Source: Snowella sp. | GTDB lineage: Bacteria; Cyanobacteriota; Cyanobacteriia; Cyanobacteriales; Microcystaceae | Direction of reading: 5' to 3' | NCBI GenBank assembly: GCA_035285545.1 | Contig: JAYKGY010000066.1 | Coordinates: 1-49,182 of the forward strand | Length of the DNA: 49,182 nt | Shown: in pieces, positions 11,387 through 21,646 of the stretch | Layout: each line of letters opens with the position of its first letter | How positions within the stretch are numbered: position 1 is the first letter of the stretch | Position numbers and translations under genes: made by a program | The notes under the pieces: model-generated | Seen by the model: only the letters and a program-made list of their open reading frames with translations | Told to the model about the DNA's origin: nothing | Database searches by the model: none

Positions 11387-13879
11387 GTGAACAAAAAAAT
11401 CCGATTGGGCATGATAGGATTCGTAATCTTAGCTGCATTCATGGCGTTGTTTGCCCTACTGTTTACGCCGAAACCGCCCTTAGTCACTCAATCAGATTAT
11501 GCTATAGCACGTCAATTACCCGCCAATCAACTCAGTTACTATCCTCTCCAACAAAGCTTAGATCCTCAACATTACCGCGCGATCGCCGATTGGGTGGGCC
11601 GCTTAATCTTACCGAAAGTCGAAGATTATCAAAAAGATAACCCGAAAGATTGGGTCTGGTTAGAAATTTATCAAGCTCCTCCCCAATATCAAAATTTGAT
11701 CGGAAAAAAAGTGCGTTTAACCTGGCAGCCCTCTCCCGAATTAGACCGATACTTGAAATTAGTAACGACTGATATCAACTTTGATGAAGCCGCGACAGAA
11801 AGTGAAAAGCAAGGCAATGTCTTACCCCGTCGTTTGGATGGTCGTTCTCACGTCGGCCCCCTCCAAGCTTTAGCAGGAGCCAGAACCGATGACGATGTGG
11901 TGATCGGTTTTCCCACCGCCCAGGTGAGTGAAGCGGATCAGGCGACTCCGATTCTGAGGGTTAAACAGATGCCCTTAATGGTGACGGGCCGCTCGGTGGC
12001 CTTAGTGAAAATGCTAGGAGAAGCCCCGCCTCGATCTGCCCAAGATCTTCCGGCACAGTGTCCTGGCGCGGCTCCCTGTCCGAGTGAGTTGATGCGAGTT
12101 CAACATTACAATCCCAACACCCAAACCTTTGATGGAACGGAAGAAATTATTCGCATTCCCCAACAACCCAGAATTTCCGGCGATCGCTTTATTTCCACCC
12201 CACGCCAACTAGCGGAGTCTCCCGAAGGCAAAGATGGCTGGTATATCTATGGGGCCCAAGGCAAAGAGGGTTTATTTACCGTCCAAGCCCTAGCACCGCG
12301 ATCGCTCCTGCAACTGAAGCCCACTGACATCGTATTTGGCCAAAATTCGGGTACGGACTATATCAATCAGGGGAATTGGAAAAATACGCCTGAACGTAAA
12401 GGCACAGCCCAAAGCGTCTTAGTCGATCCGCGCAGTGATTCTCCTGAAATTGCCCTGAAATCTTGGCAAGAAGGCGATCGCGGTTTAGGAATTCATCTGT
12501 TTGGGGGAATTGGGGGTAAAAAAGGAGAATCCGTTTCAGGTGGCACCGTGACAGGACATTTTTCTTTCTTCTTTCCCCAAGTGGTACGTGATCCCTTTAC
12601 CAAGGAGTTGCAATGGCGTATTCCCTACTATCAAGTCTATGCCCACAATCCCCAGGGAATTTTATCGGGAAGTCAAAGTTTTGCGAACTATACGGGCAAC
12701 CTGCAACGGGGGTGGCTGAACTCTCGCCCGATTTCCAACGTTATTATCAAATCCGAGATTTTGAATGACTACGATTTTGGGGGCATTAAACTCTCTCCTT
12801 TGACGGAACTGCAACGACAACTGGAAGTGATGATGGCCCGTTATCGTACTGGGGATGGAAACGGCAATGCCAGTGTAACGCCGGCGGCCTCTTGTGTTCA
12901 GGATTCTAATCAAGCTCTCTACATTACTATCGAAGTTTTAAAGCAACAGGTCGCCGATAATCCCGCCATTCGCGATTGGCTACAAACCAATCCCACCGAT
13001 CCACAAACAAAACGCTTTGAAAAATTAATCCAACTCGGCGATCGCTTAACCCAAGTCTTAGCCCCCAGAGGCGTAATCCGTACCGATTGGAAAAATAATG
13101 CTCAAACTCTAGCTGGCACAACAGCCGATCCCAACAGTCGCTTTATGCAAAAAGACACCTTGGCCAATGCCCTATTAAGTTGGCAATCCATGTTACCCCG
13201 TGTCAGTCATGATGTGCTCAGCCAAATTTTTCTGGATTACGGTGCAACCCTCTGGTTTTTACGTCCTAACCAAGTCGGGGGAAAGATGCCCGAAATTTTG
13301 CCCCTAGCCCCCACCAATCTGTTTGGAGAAACCCCGTTCATTTCTGCGGCTCTACGTCGTATCCTTGCGTCTGTCATCTTGTTACCGACTGCTCAGGAGT
13401 GGGGAATTGCGGTTGCGTTATTAGGGCTTTATGCCGCGATCGCCATTCCGGTGGGCTTAAAATACCAATTTTTACAATGGCAACCGAGCCAGCAACCCTT
13501 ATGGCAATGGATCCTCCCATTGATAGTCTTATTCTTTAAGCCTGCCCTTTGGGAAGAATTGGTGTTTCGAGTCATTTTATTACCCTATCCCGATGGTTCC
13601 GTTTCTTGGCCCCTAAAAATTGGCTTAGCCCTCTTCAGCTTAGGACTTTTTGTGATCTATCACCCAATTAATGCTCGTTTTTCCTATAAAGCCGGTAATC
13701 CTCTCTTTTTTGATCCCCTTTTTCTAAGTTTAGCCGCCTTACTAGGACTCATTTGTACGATCGCTTATTTTGCAACAGGTTCATTGTGGGCGATCGCCTT
13801 GATTCATTGGGTCGTCGTCACCGTTTGGTTATTCGGATTTAATGGCAGATCTAAGCTATCTCAAAATCGTGTTATTTAA
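11387..13879 (+). CDS. Large CPBP (Abi/CAAX-protease) family membrane protein
   Basis: C-terminal TM block with WEELVFR, YHP and IHW motifs, preceded by an N-terminal anchor and an extracytoplasmic region of about 600 aa. Confidence 0.82.
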   Translation: MNKKIRLGMIGFVILAAFMALFALLFTPKPPLVTQSDYAIARQLPANQLSYYPLQQSLDPQHYRAIADWVGRLILPKVEDYQKDNPKDWVWLEIYQAPPQYQNLIGKKVRLTWQPSPELDRYLKLVTTDINFDEAATESEKQGNVLPRRLDGRSHVGPLQALAGARTDDDVVIGFPTAQVSEADQATPILRVKQMPLMVTGRSVALVKMLGEAPPRSAQDLPAQCPGAAPCPSELMRVQHYNPNTQTFDGTEEIIRIPQQPRISGDRFISTPRQLAESPEGKDGWYIYGAQGKEGLFTVQALAPRSLLQLKPTDIVFGQNSGTDYINQGNWKNTPERKGTAQSVLVDPRSDSPEIALKSWQEGDRGLGIHLFGGIGGKKGESVSGGTVTGHFSFFFPQVVRDPFTKELQWRIPYYQVYAHNPQGILSGSQSFANYTGNLQRGWLNSRPISNVIIKSEILNDYDFGGIKLSPLTELQRQLEVMMARYRTGDGNGNASVTPAASCVQDSNQALYITIEVLKQQVADNPAIRDWLQTNPTDPQTKRFEKLIQLGDRLTQVLAPRGVIRTDWKNNAQTLAGTTADPNSRFMQKDTLANALLSWQSMLPRVSHDVLSQIFLDYGATLWFLRPNQVGGKMPEILPLAPTNLFGETPFISAALRRILASVILLPTAQEWGIAVALLGLYAAIAIPVGLKYQFLQWQPSQQPLWQWILPLIVLFFKPALWEELVFRVILLPYPDGSVSWPLKIGLALFSLGLFVIYHPINARFSYKAGNPLFFDPLFLSLAALLGLICTIAYFATGSLWAIALIHWVVVTVWLFGFNGRSKLSQNRVI

Positions 13880-13962
13880 ATAAGCTTGGTGGACAAAAAT
13901 CCGCTTTGAGCAGTAAGATATAAGCATTTTTACTAACATTGCGTGATTGAGGAAATAAAGTT

Positions 13963-14340
13963 ATGGATCCGATGTCCATGATACTTGCTGCACTCGTAGC
14001 TGGAGCGACAAAAGCGGCTGGAGGAGTAGCCCAAGATGCTTATGATGGATTAAAAGCTCTGATCAAGCGTAAATTTGAGACCCAGGGAAAATCTGATTCA
14101 TCGGCTCTTCTCGATAAGTATGAGCAGAAACCTGAAAAAACCCGTGCACTGTTGGAAGATGAAATTGCCGAAGCAGGTCTTGATAAAGACGAAGAAATCA
14201 TCAAACTTGCTCAAGAATTAATGAAACAATTAAATCCCAAAGAAGCAGCAGAGGGAAAATTTAATATCGCAATTTCTGGGGGGACAGTTCAGGGTCTGAC
14301 ACAACAAAATACCGGTACCATCAACCAGACCTTCAACTAA
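13963..14340 (+). CDS. Bell-like helical protein with C-terminal N/Q/G-rich amyloid-type motif
   Basis: MDPMSMILAALVAGA...DAYDGLKALIKRKF N-terminus; ends ISGGTVQGLTQQNTGTINQTFN; GAGGA RBS. Confidence 0.75.
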   Translation: MDPMSMILAALVAGATKAAGGVAQDAYDGLKALIKRKFETQGKSDSSALLDKYEQKPEKTRALLEDEIAEAGLDKDEEIIKLAQELMKQLNPKEAAEGKFNIAISGGTVQGLTQQNTGTINQTFN

Positions 14341-14364
14341 ATTAAGGAATTTCTAGTAATCCCT

Positions 14365-16302
14365 ATGGAAAAGTCGGTTAATATTTCGGGGGGCAGCGTT
14401 CAAGGATTTGTCCAGGAAAATCATGGAACTGTCAATCAATACTTCATCACTCAAATGTCTGAGTTGATTGGTGGTTCTACATCACCCGAAAAATCTTTAA
14501 CTCAGGCAGAATATCGTCAAAGAAAAGTTTTACTCAGTAAGGTCAAGGAATATTGGATTCAAGGGGTTTTAGAAAAATCTTTGCAGGCTAATGCAATGAT
14601 TGATCTGGATTTAGAACAGCGATCAAATGCGGTTGAACGTCCATTTGCGGATTTTGGAGAAGCGTTTGGATCGTCCGAACAACCTTTGTCTGCTGGAAAA
14701 GATGCAACTGAAGTATTCCAACAAATCGGAGAAGGTAGAACGCTACTAATTTTGGGAGATCCCGGCTCTGGAAAAACCATCACTCTCCTAAAACTGGCTC
14801 AAAACTTAGTTAATCGTACTGAAGAAGATTTGAGTCAATTTATTCCAGTGGTATTAAACCTATCCTCTTGGGGAATTAAAGAATCAACAATTGATAATTG
14901 GATTGTAGAAGAGCTTTTTATCAAATACCAAGTTCCCAAAGAAATCGGCAAAAACTGGGTTGAGGAGCAGCAATTAATCCTCTTACTTGACGGGTTAGAT
15001 GAGGTCAGTTCCAATCGCAGAGAGGCTTGTGTTAAAGCCATCAATCAGTTTACCCAAACCCACTCTTTAACGGAGATGGTTGTCTGTAGTCGTATTGCTG
15101 ACTATGAGTTACTGGCTAATCGTTTAAAGTTGCGAGGCGCAATTTATATTCGATCCTTAACCCCTGAACAGATCGATCAATACTTAGAGAATGCTGGAGA
15201 ACCATTAGAAGGGGTTAAAACCTTACTGAGACAAGATACTGCATTACAAGAATTGGCTAAAGTTCCTCTAACTTTAAGTATTATTACCCTGGCTTATTAT
15301 GGTAAAAAAGCGCAAGAAATTCCTCAGACAGGTTCATTAGAAATTCGCCGTCAACATCTTTTCACTACTTATGTCGATCAGATGTTTCAACGTAAAAGGA
15401 TCAATCAGAAATACTCACGGGAAAAGACGGTTCAATGGTTAGCTTGGTTGGCTCAAAAAATGTCTAACCTTTCGCAGTCTATGTTTTTAATTGAGCAGAT
15501 ACAGCCAAGCTGGTTGCCCAACAAACTCGAAAATATTTTTTACCGACTGGGAATTGTTTTGGCTGGAACCTTAGTGATTGCTTTCATCTTATTCATCGGG
15601 ATGACTTTTGATTTAGGCAATATTCAGCTTAATCAATTGAATGTTATTGCTCTCAATATCTTTGCATGGGGTCTAGTTTTATTTGCCTATTTTGGCATAG
15701 GTGCAATTGAAATTAATACATTTGAATCATTGACATGGCCATGGAAGAAAAGTGGTAAAGAATTGCTAGCTGGTTTTGTAAAAGGACTCATCTGGGGTTT
15801 TGCGCTTTGTCCCTTTGCTATACTGTGGTGCGTCCGAATCTGTCGAGACGGAGCGACTCAAGAAAATATTATTGCTAGCATTATTCTCGGACTCGTTTTG
15901 GGGTTAATCATTGGCATAATTGATGCAGTAAAGGGGGCTGAAATAGAAACAAAAACTATCCCTAATCAAGGAATTAGGCAATCAGCGGTTAATGCAGGAA
16001 TCATCACGGTAATTAGTTGGATTATCTTGAGTGTCATGATTCTGAATTTTTTCCCTATGGGACTACGATCTGTCAGTTCTATAATCACTTGGGGTCTGAT
16101 TTTAGGCTTACTGTTTGGAGGCGGAATTGCAGTGATCCAGCATTACGGTCTACGATTTTTCCTTTGGATTAGAAATTATGTTCCCTTTAGTCTGGTTCAC
16201 TTACTCGACTATGCCAGTGAGCGCGTTTTTCTACGAAAAGTTGGTGGTGGTTACATTTTTATTCATCGGATGCTACTAGAATATTTTGCTAGGATGAAGT
16301 GA
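14365..16302 (+). CDS. NACHT NTPase (NLR-like) with N-terminal amyloid-type motif and C-terminal transmembrane region
   Basis: Walker A GDPGSGKT, Walker B LLLDGLDE, CSR sensor and PL motif, about 6 TM helices, terminal GGYIFIHRMLLEYFA. Confidence 0.88.
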   Translation: MEKSVNISGGSVQGFVQENHGTVNQYFITQMSELIGGSTSPEKSLTQAEYRQRKVLLSKVKEYWIQGVLEKSLQANAMIDLDLEQRSNAVERPFADFGEAFGSSEQPLSAGKDATEVFQQIGEGRTLLILGDPGSGKTITLLKLAQNLVNRTEEDLSQFIPVVLNLSSWGIKESTIDNWIVEELFIKYQVPKEIGKNWVEEQQLILLLDGLDEVSSNRREACVKAINQFTQTHSLTEMVVCSRIADYELLANRLKLRGAIYIRSLTPEQIDQYLENAGEPLEGVKTLLRQDTALQELAKVPLTLSIITLAYYGKKAQEIPQTGSLEIRRQHLFTTYVDQMFQRKRINQKYSREKTVQWLAWLAQKMSNLSQSMFLIEQIQPSWLPNKLENIFYRLGIVLAGTLVIAFILFIGMTFDLGNIQLNQLNVIALNIFAWGLVLFAYFGIGAIEINTFESLTWPWKKSGKELLAGFVKGLIWGFALCPFAILWCVRICRDGATQENIIASIILGLVLGLIIGIIDAVKGAEIETKTIPNQGIRQSAVNAGIITVISWIILSVMILNFFPMGLRSVSSIITWGLILGLLFGGGIAVIQHYGLRFFLWIRNYVPFSLVHLLDYASERVFLRKVGGGYIFIHRMLLEYFARMK

Positions 16303-16363
16303 GTTTCCTTCGTTCATCCATTTAATACTAGGTATCAAAAAGGCATCAAAAGGAGCAAAATTT

Positions 16364-16906
16364 ATGTATACCGTAGAAGCTTGTCAATCAATTCTAGATA
16401 CAGGTAGAAGCACGACGGAGGAAGCCTTACAGTTATTTGATTCGCTTGATCCTGTCAATGTAGAGTTTATGTTGGGTCGTTGGCGGGGTTCTGAATTAGA
16501 GACGAATCACCCCATGAATGGTTTGTTAGCGATCGCCAACTGGTATGGCAAAGAATTTATTGATCCTGAAACTGTCCACCCCTTACTCTTTTTGGACAAC
16601 AACGGAGACATCTTGAAAGTGGCTCCCAAAGCCAACTTAATGAAATGGATGTTACAGATTCCACTCCCTCGCAATACCGCATTAAAACCCGTCTTAAGCT
16701 TTATTAATACCTTTTTAAAAACCGAAAATAGCCAGGCTCGATTGCGGATGATGGAATGCCGAGGATCCGTTACCGCCACCATGATTTATGATTATTTACC
16801 CATCAATGACTCGTTTAAAAAAATTGATGACAACACCGTGTTGGGAATTATGGATTATAAAGAATTGGCTCAACCCTTCTTTTTCGTCCTCAAACGGGAA
16901 GTCTAG
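16364..16906 (+). CDS. GXWXG/DUF4334 domain protein
   Basis: GRWRG motif, WYGKEF, MIYDYLPINDSFKK. Confidence 0.82.
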   Translation: MYTVEACQSILDTGRSTTEEALQLFDSLDPVNVEFMLGRWRGSELETNHPMNGLLAIANWYGKEFIDPETVHPLLFLDNNGDILKVAPKANLMKWMLQIPLPRNTALKPVLSFINTFLKTENSQARLRMMECRGSVTATMIYDYLPINDSFKKIDDNTVLGIMDYKELAQPFFFVLKREV

Positions 16907-17151
16907 TGGCTAAGATCGATGACATCCCAACAACAGACACAACAGTAAAAATACACCTAATTTATAAAATTTATTTTTGTTATCCGTAAAAACTCCCAAA
17001 ATCGTAACAAGCATACCAGAAGCTTAAGCCATAGATAGATAGATTAATCGGTTAACACTAGGCCCTAATTTTTGGTTCAGGTTGAATCGCTGACTATTTT
17101 CGTCTAGTGTCGTCCTGTACTTTGACAAAATTTAGGAGTAATTAATCTGTC

Positions 17152-18345
17152 ATGCCCTCAAAGCCATTTAATCTTTCTCGTCGTCAGATCCTGCGGGGGG
17201 TCTTGGCCTCTACTGCGTTTGGAATAACCACAAAATTAGGAACGGGCTGTACCCCTGCCAAAGAAGAATCGGCTACACCCACCGCTGCAAGTTCTCCGAG
17301 TAGCCCTGCGGAAGATATGGTTATTGGGTTTATCTACGTCGGGCCAAAAGATGATTTTGGGTATAACCAGGCCCATGCCGAAGCTGCGGCGAATTTAGCG
17401 AAACTCCCTGGTATCAAAATTGTTGAACAGGCGAGTGTTCCCGAAACCACAGAAGTTCAAGAAGCCATGCGGAGTATGATCGAGCAGGATGGGGCTAAAA
17501 TTCTCTTTCCCACCTCTTTCGGTTATTACGATCCCCATATTTTAAAAATGGCCGAAGAATTTCCCGATGTACAATTTTTCCACTGTGGCGGACTCTATAA
17601 GGAGGGGGTTCATCCCAAAAATGTAGGTAGTTACTTCGGCTATATCGATGAAGCTCAATACATTGCGGGCATTGTTGCCGGCCATACAACCAAATCCAAT
17701 AAATTAGGTTTTATTGCAGCCAAACCCATTCCCCAAGTGCTTCGTAATATTAATAGTTTTACCTTAGGGGCGAAGAGCGTTAATCCTAAAATTACGACTC
17801 AGGTAGTTTTTACAGGAGATTGGGCCGAACCCGTTAAAGAAGCTTCATCGGCGAATAGTATGGCGGATCAAGGCATTGATGTCCTAACCTGCCATGTGGA
17901 TAGTCCCAAAGTCATTATGGAAACGGCAGAAAAACGGGGTATTTACTGCTCTGGTTATCATGCCAATCAAGCTTCGTTAGCGCCCAAAGGTTACTTAACC
18001 GGAGCTGAATGGGATTGGACAAGCGTTTATACCAACTACTTAGACGCGATTAAATCGGGCAAAACCCTGATGAATGGCGGCATTCCCCACTTAGTTCGGG
18101 GTGGTTTCTCGGAGAAATTTGTTAAGTTATCTCCCTATTCGGATAAGGTAAGCGATAAGGCGAAACAGGACGCAGAAGCCATGCAAGCGAAGTTTATGGA
18201 TGGCACGATGGTCATTTATAAAGGGGAAATTAAGGATAATAAAGGCAATATCGTGATTGCATCCGGTAAGGAATACAAACAGAAAGATCCTGCCTTAGAA
18301 GGGATGGATTGGTTGGTTACAGGCGTAATGGGAAGTACCACTTAA
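17152..18345 (+). CDS. BMP-family ABC transporter substrate-binding lipoprotein (nucleobase/nucleoside type)
   Basis: Tat-like SRRQIL, lipobox GTGC, GFIYVGPKDDFGYNQAH and TSFGY. Confidence 0.92.
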   Translation: MPSKPFNLSRRQILRGVLASTAFGITTKLGTGCTPAKEESATPTAASSPSSPAEDMVIGFIYVGPKDDFGYNQAHAEAAANLAKLPGIKIVEQASVPETTEVQEAMRSMIEQDGAKILFPTSFGYYDPHILKMAEEFPDVQFFHCGGLYKEGVHPKNVGSYFGYIDEAQYIAGIVAGHTTKSNKLGFIAAKPIPQVLRNINSFTLGAKSVNPKITTQVVFTGDWAEPVKEASSANSMADQGIDVLTCHVDSPKVIMETAEKRGIYCSGYHANQASLAPKGYLTGAEWDWTSVYTNYLDAIKSGKTLMNGGIPHLVRGGFSEKFVKLSPYSDKVSDKAKQDAEAMQAKFMDGTMVIYKGEIKDNKGNIVIASGKEYKQKDPALEGMDWLVTGVMGSTT

Positions 18346-18429
18346 AACAAATGGGGGATATTTATCGGTAGAGCGCGATGTATCCTTCATTCTTGTTTGA
18401 TATTTAAAATCTGCTTGACCATTCACGCA

Positions 18430-19545
18430 ATGGCTAACGTTATGAGTGCTGCAACGTTTCGAGAAGGAATCAACTGGCGGAAAATTTCGGAATTAATAGC
18501 AATTCCCCTTGCTGCTATTTTGGTTTCCTTAATGATTTTTGGGATTTTTTGTGCTTTTGCTGGAGCTAATCCATTTGGGGTGTATGCTTCGATTTATAAA
18601 GCTGCCTTTGGCAAATGGACTTCCTTTCAAAATACGTTGATTCGGGCTTCCCCGTTGATGCTGAGTGCCCTCTGTACCATTCTGCCTGCTCGTTTGGGGT
18701 TGGTCATTATTGGAAATGAGGGAGCCATCGTCATGGGCGGCTTGGGGGCGGCTTCGGTGGGTTTAGCGATCGCGTCTGCCCCACCAACTATCGTACAAAT
18801 TGCCATGGCCTTGGGCGGAATGATCGCAGGAGGTATTTGGATCGCCATTTCGGGTGCGTTACGGCATTATCGGGGCGTGAATGAAACCATTAGTAGCTTA
18901 TTGATGAACTATATCGCGATCGCCATTTTGAATCATTTAGTCAATGGCCCGATGCGTGATCCCAGTTCTTTGAATAAACCCTCTACTTATCCGATTATTG
19001 AAGCGAATATGTTGGGGACAATCCCAGGAACGCGAGTCCATTATGGGTTGATCTATGGTTTAGTTGCCTGCATCATTGCCTACATTTTAATTCAACGGAC
19101 GACCTTTGGCTTTGCTGCTCGGACTGCTGGGGGAAATATCCGCGCCGCTCGTTTAGCAGGGCTTCCTGTGGGCCAATTAACCACCATTATCTGTTTTCTC
19201 GCGGGTTCCTGTGCAGGCTTAGCGGGCATGGTAGAAGTCGCGGCTGTTCATGGTCGAGCGAATGAATCTTTGAACGCCAATTATGGCTATGGTGGGGTTT
19301 TAGTCGCTTTTGTGGCTCGTCAGAATCCCTTAGCGGCCGTTCTCGTTTCCATTCTCTTTGGGGGCGTGCTGGCTAGTGGCGGCATTTTACAACGGGAACA
19401 CGGTTTGCCCGATGCGACGGTTATGGTTTTTCAAGGGATTATGTTTCTCGTGATCCTTTATAGTGAAACCTTTTACGGAAGATTGGCGATTTTTAAAGAA
19501 AAGGAATCAAATATTGCTCAAAATCGGCAGACTGCTTCAATTTAA
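18430..19545 (+). CDS. ABC transporter permease (BPD_transp_2)
   Basis: Multi-TM protein with GVNETISSLLMNYIA and GGNIRAARLAG; operon context. Confidence 0.9.
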   Translation: MANVMSAATFREGINWRKISELIAIPLAAILVSLMIFGIFCAFAGANPFGVYASIYKAAFGKWTSFQNTLIRASPLMLSALCTILPARLGLVIIGNEGAIVMGGLGAASVGLAIASAPPTIVQIAMALGGMIAGGIWIAISGALRHYRGVNETISSLLMNYIAIAILNHLVNGPMRDPSSLNKPSTYPIIEANMLGTIPGTRVHYGLIYGLVACIIAYILIQRTTFGFAARTAGGNIRAARLAGLPVGQLTTIICFLAGSCAGLAGMVEVAAVHGRANESLNANYGYGGVLVAFVARQNPLAAVLVSILFGGVLASGGILQREHGLPDATVMVFQGIMFLVILYSETFYGRLAIFKEKESNIAQNRQTASI

Positions 19546-19581
19546 AAACTCTATCAATACGTTTACTCAGGAATAACAACA

Positions 19582-20508
19582 ATGGCGACAGAAACAATTG
19601 GTTGGTGGGGGGTTCCCTTGGGAATTCTGGCAGGAACGATCCGAGGCAGCGCGCCGTTTCTGTTTGTCAGTTTAGGGGAGTGCTTAACCGAAAAAAGCGG
19701 CAAAATCAATTTAGGCTTAGAAGGATCGCTATTATTTGGGGCCATGAGTGCTTATGCCATTTCCTATCTCACGGGATCGCCTTGGGTCGGAGTTTTAGTG
19801 GCAGGACTAGCGGGTATGATTTTGGGGGTGATTCACGGTTGGTTATGCCAACAGCCGAGGGTGAGTGATTTCGCCTTGGGGATTGCCATGTTTATTTTTG
19901 GCGGTGGATTAGCCTTTTTTCTAGGAAAACCCTTTATTAAACCCGTTGCGCCCCAATTACCCGCGATTTCTCTGGCTGACTGGAGTTCTATTCCGGCGGT
20001 TCAATCGGCTTTTAAAGTTTCTCCCCTATTTATCATCGGTATCGCGATCGCGTTTTTGATGCAATGGTTTTTTAAATCAACGCGGTGGGGTTTATTTGTT
20101 CGAGCAGTAGGCGATAGTCCCGATGCGGCTAGGGCAATGGGCATCTCTATTTTTAAAGTACGGATGCTGAGTATTGTGACGGGCAGCTTTTTAGCCGGAA
20201 TCGGCGGGGCCTATCTGTCTCTCTATTACCCAGGTAGTTGGACAGAACGCATTTCCAGTGGACAGGGGTTAATGGCGATCGCGCTGGTGATTTTTGCCCG
20301 TTGGAATCCCATTCAATGTCTGTATGCTTCTCTGTTGTTCGGTGGTGCCCAGGCCATTGGGCCCGCCTTACAAGCGGTCGGTTACGATGCCTACTACTAT
20401 CTTTTCAATGCGTCTCCCTATATCTTGACCTTAGTAATTATGATTATCACCTGTTCCCCAAAACGTACTTTGGCGGGACTTCCCGGGGCAATTGGAACCA
20501 ATAATTAG
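19582..20508 (+). CDS. ABC transporter permease (BPD_transp_2)
   Basis: EKSGKINLGLEG, RAVGDSPDAARAMGI, GQGLMAIALVIFARWNP. Confidence 0.92.
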   Translation: MATETIGWWGVPLGILAGTIRGSAPFLFVSLGECLTEKSGKINLGLEGSLLFGAMSAYAISYLTGSPWVGVLVAGLAGMILGVIHGWLCQQPRVSDFALGIAMFIFGGGLAFFLGKPFIKPVAPQLPAISLADWSSIPAVQSAFKVSPLFIIGIAIAFLMQWFFKSTRWGLFVRAVGDSPDAARAMGISIFKVRMLSIVTGSFLAGIGGAYLSLYYPGSWTERISSGQGLMAIALVIFARWNPIQCLYASLLFGGAQAIGPALQAVGYDAYYYLFNASPYILTLVIMIITCSPKRTLAGLPGAIGTNN

Positions 20509-20531
20509 TCAATTTAGTTAATTTTTAAATT

Positions 20532-20918
20532 ATGACAAAAACGGTAGAATTAGCAGTTAATGGCGGCTTAATGCGGGGATTCCCAGATAATAAAAATCTT
20601 TTATTAGTTAACGCAACCTTTGTCCGAGAAGCCCAAACTGAACCTGTTTATCGCTTCTTTTCCATCGGCGATCGCCATCCTGCCATGTTACGGGTTAAAG
20701 AAGGTGGAGTTTCCATTGCGGTAGAAATTTGGGCTATTCCCGTCGAAGGCTTTGCCACAGTTTTACAACTCGAACCCCCAGGGCTTTGTATCGGTAAAGT
20801 GCGGCTGGATGATGGACAAGAAGTGTTAGGCGTTTTGGGTGAATCCATCCTCTGTGAAGCCCACAAAGAAATCACCGAATACGGCAGTTGGCGAGACTAT
20901 ACAGGTAATAAGCTTTAA
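20532..20918 (+). CDS. Stand-alone allophanate hydrolase C-terminal-like (GGCT-fold) protein
   Basis: LAVNGGLMRG, VEIWAIP, EPPGLCIGKVRLDDG and EITEYGSWRDY resemble the AtzF C-terminal domain. Confidence 0.75.
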   Translation: MTKTVELAVNGGLMRGFPDNKNLLLVNATFVREAQTEPVYRFFSIGDRHPAMLRVKEGGVSIAVEIWAIPVEGFATVLQLEPPGLCIGKVRLDDGQEVLGVLGESILCEAHKEITEYGSWRDYTGNKL

Positions 20919-20949
20919 TTTTATTCATCTTCGTTAGGAACATAAACCA

Positions 20950-21636
20950 ATGACCCTTTATGTAAAATCTAGCCCCTATCCCTATCCCTACAATGGCGAT
21001 TTACGACCCGAAAATACGGCGTTAATTATTATTGATATGCAAACGGATTTCTGTGGTGTCGGTGGCTACGTCGATAAAATGGGCTATGATTTATCCCTAA
21101 CCCGTGCTCCCATTGAACCCATTGCTAACGTTTTAAAGGTTTTTCGGGAAAAAGGCTTTTTTATCATCCATACCCGTGAAGGTCATCGCCCTGACTTATC
21201 CGATCTCCCTGCCAATAAACGCTGGCGGAGTCAACGCATTGGCGCAGGTATTGGCGATCCTGGCCCCTGTGGAAAAATTTTAGTGCGGGGTGAAGCGGGT
21301 TGGGACATTATCCCTGAACTTGCCCCGATTTCAGGAGAAGTGATTATCGATAAACCTGGAAAAGGTTCTTTTTATGCCACTGATCTCGACCTGATTCTCA
21401 AACGTAATCAGATTGATAATATTATCCTGACAGGAATCACCACCGATGTCTGTGTTCATACCACCATGCGGGATGCCAACGATCGCGGCTATGAATGTCT
21501 ACTGTTGTCCGATTGTACCGGCGCAACGGATTACGGTAATTATTTAGCGGCGTTAAAAATGATTGAAATGCAAGGTGGGGTTTTTGGTGCAGTGGCGGAT
21601 TCGGCTGCTTTATTAGAGGCAATTGAGACAATTTAG
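20950..21636 (+). CDS. biuH: Biuret amidohydrolase (cysteine hydrolase)
   Basis: [53 protein letters not shown] and MQGGVFG closely match BiuH as recalled; the D-K-C triad is present. Confidence 0.85.
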   Translation: MTLYVKSSPYPYPYNGDLRPENTALIIIDMQTDFCGVGGYVDKMGYDLSLTRAPIEPIANVLKVFREKGFFIIHTREGHRPDLSDLPANKRWRSQRIGAGIGDPGPCGKILVRGEAGWDIIPELAPISGEVIIDKPGKGSFYATDLDLILKRNQIDNIILTGITTDVCVHTTMRDANDRGYECLLLSDCTGATDYGNYLAALKMIEMQGGVFGAVADSAALLEAIETI

Positions 21637-21646
21637 TATTTAAGCC

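Noticed and set aside
17004..17016. NtcA-like GTA...TAC upstream of the transporter operon
   Set aside because: The spacing is N7, not the N8 consensus.
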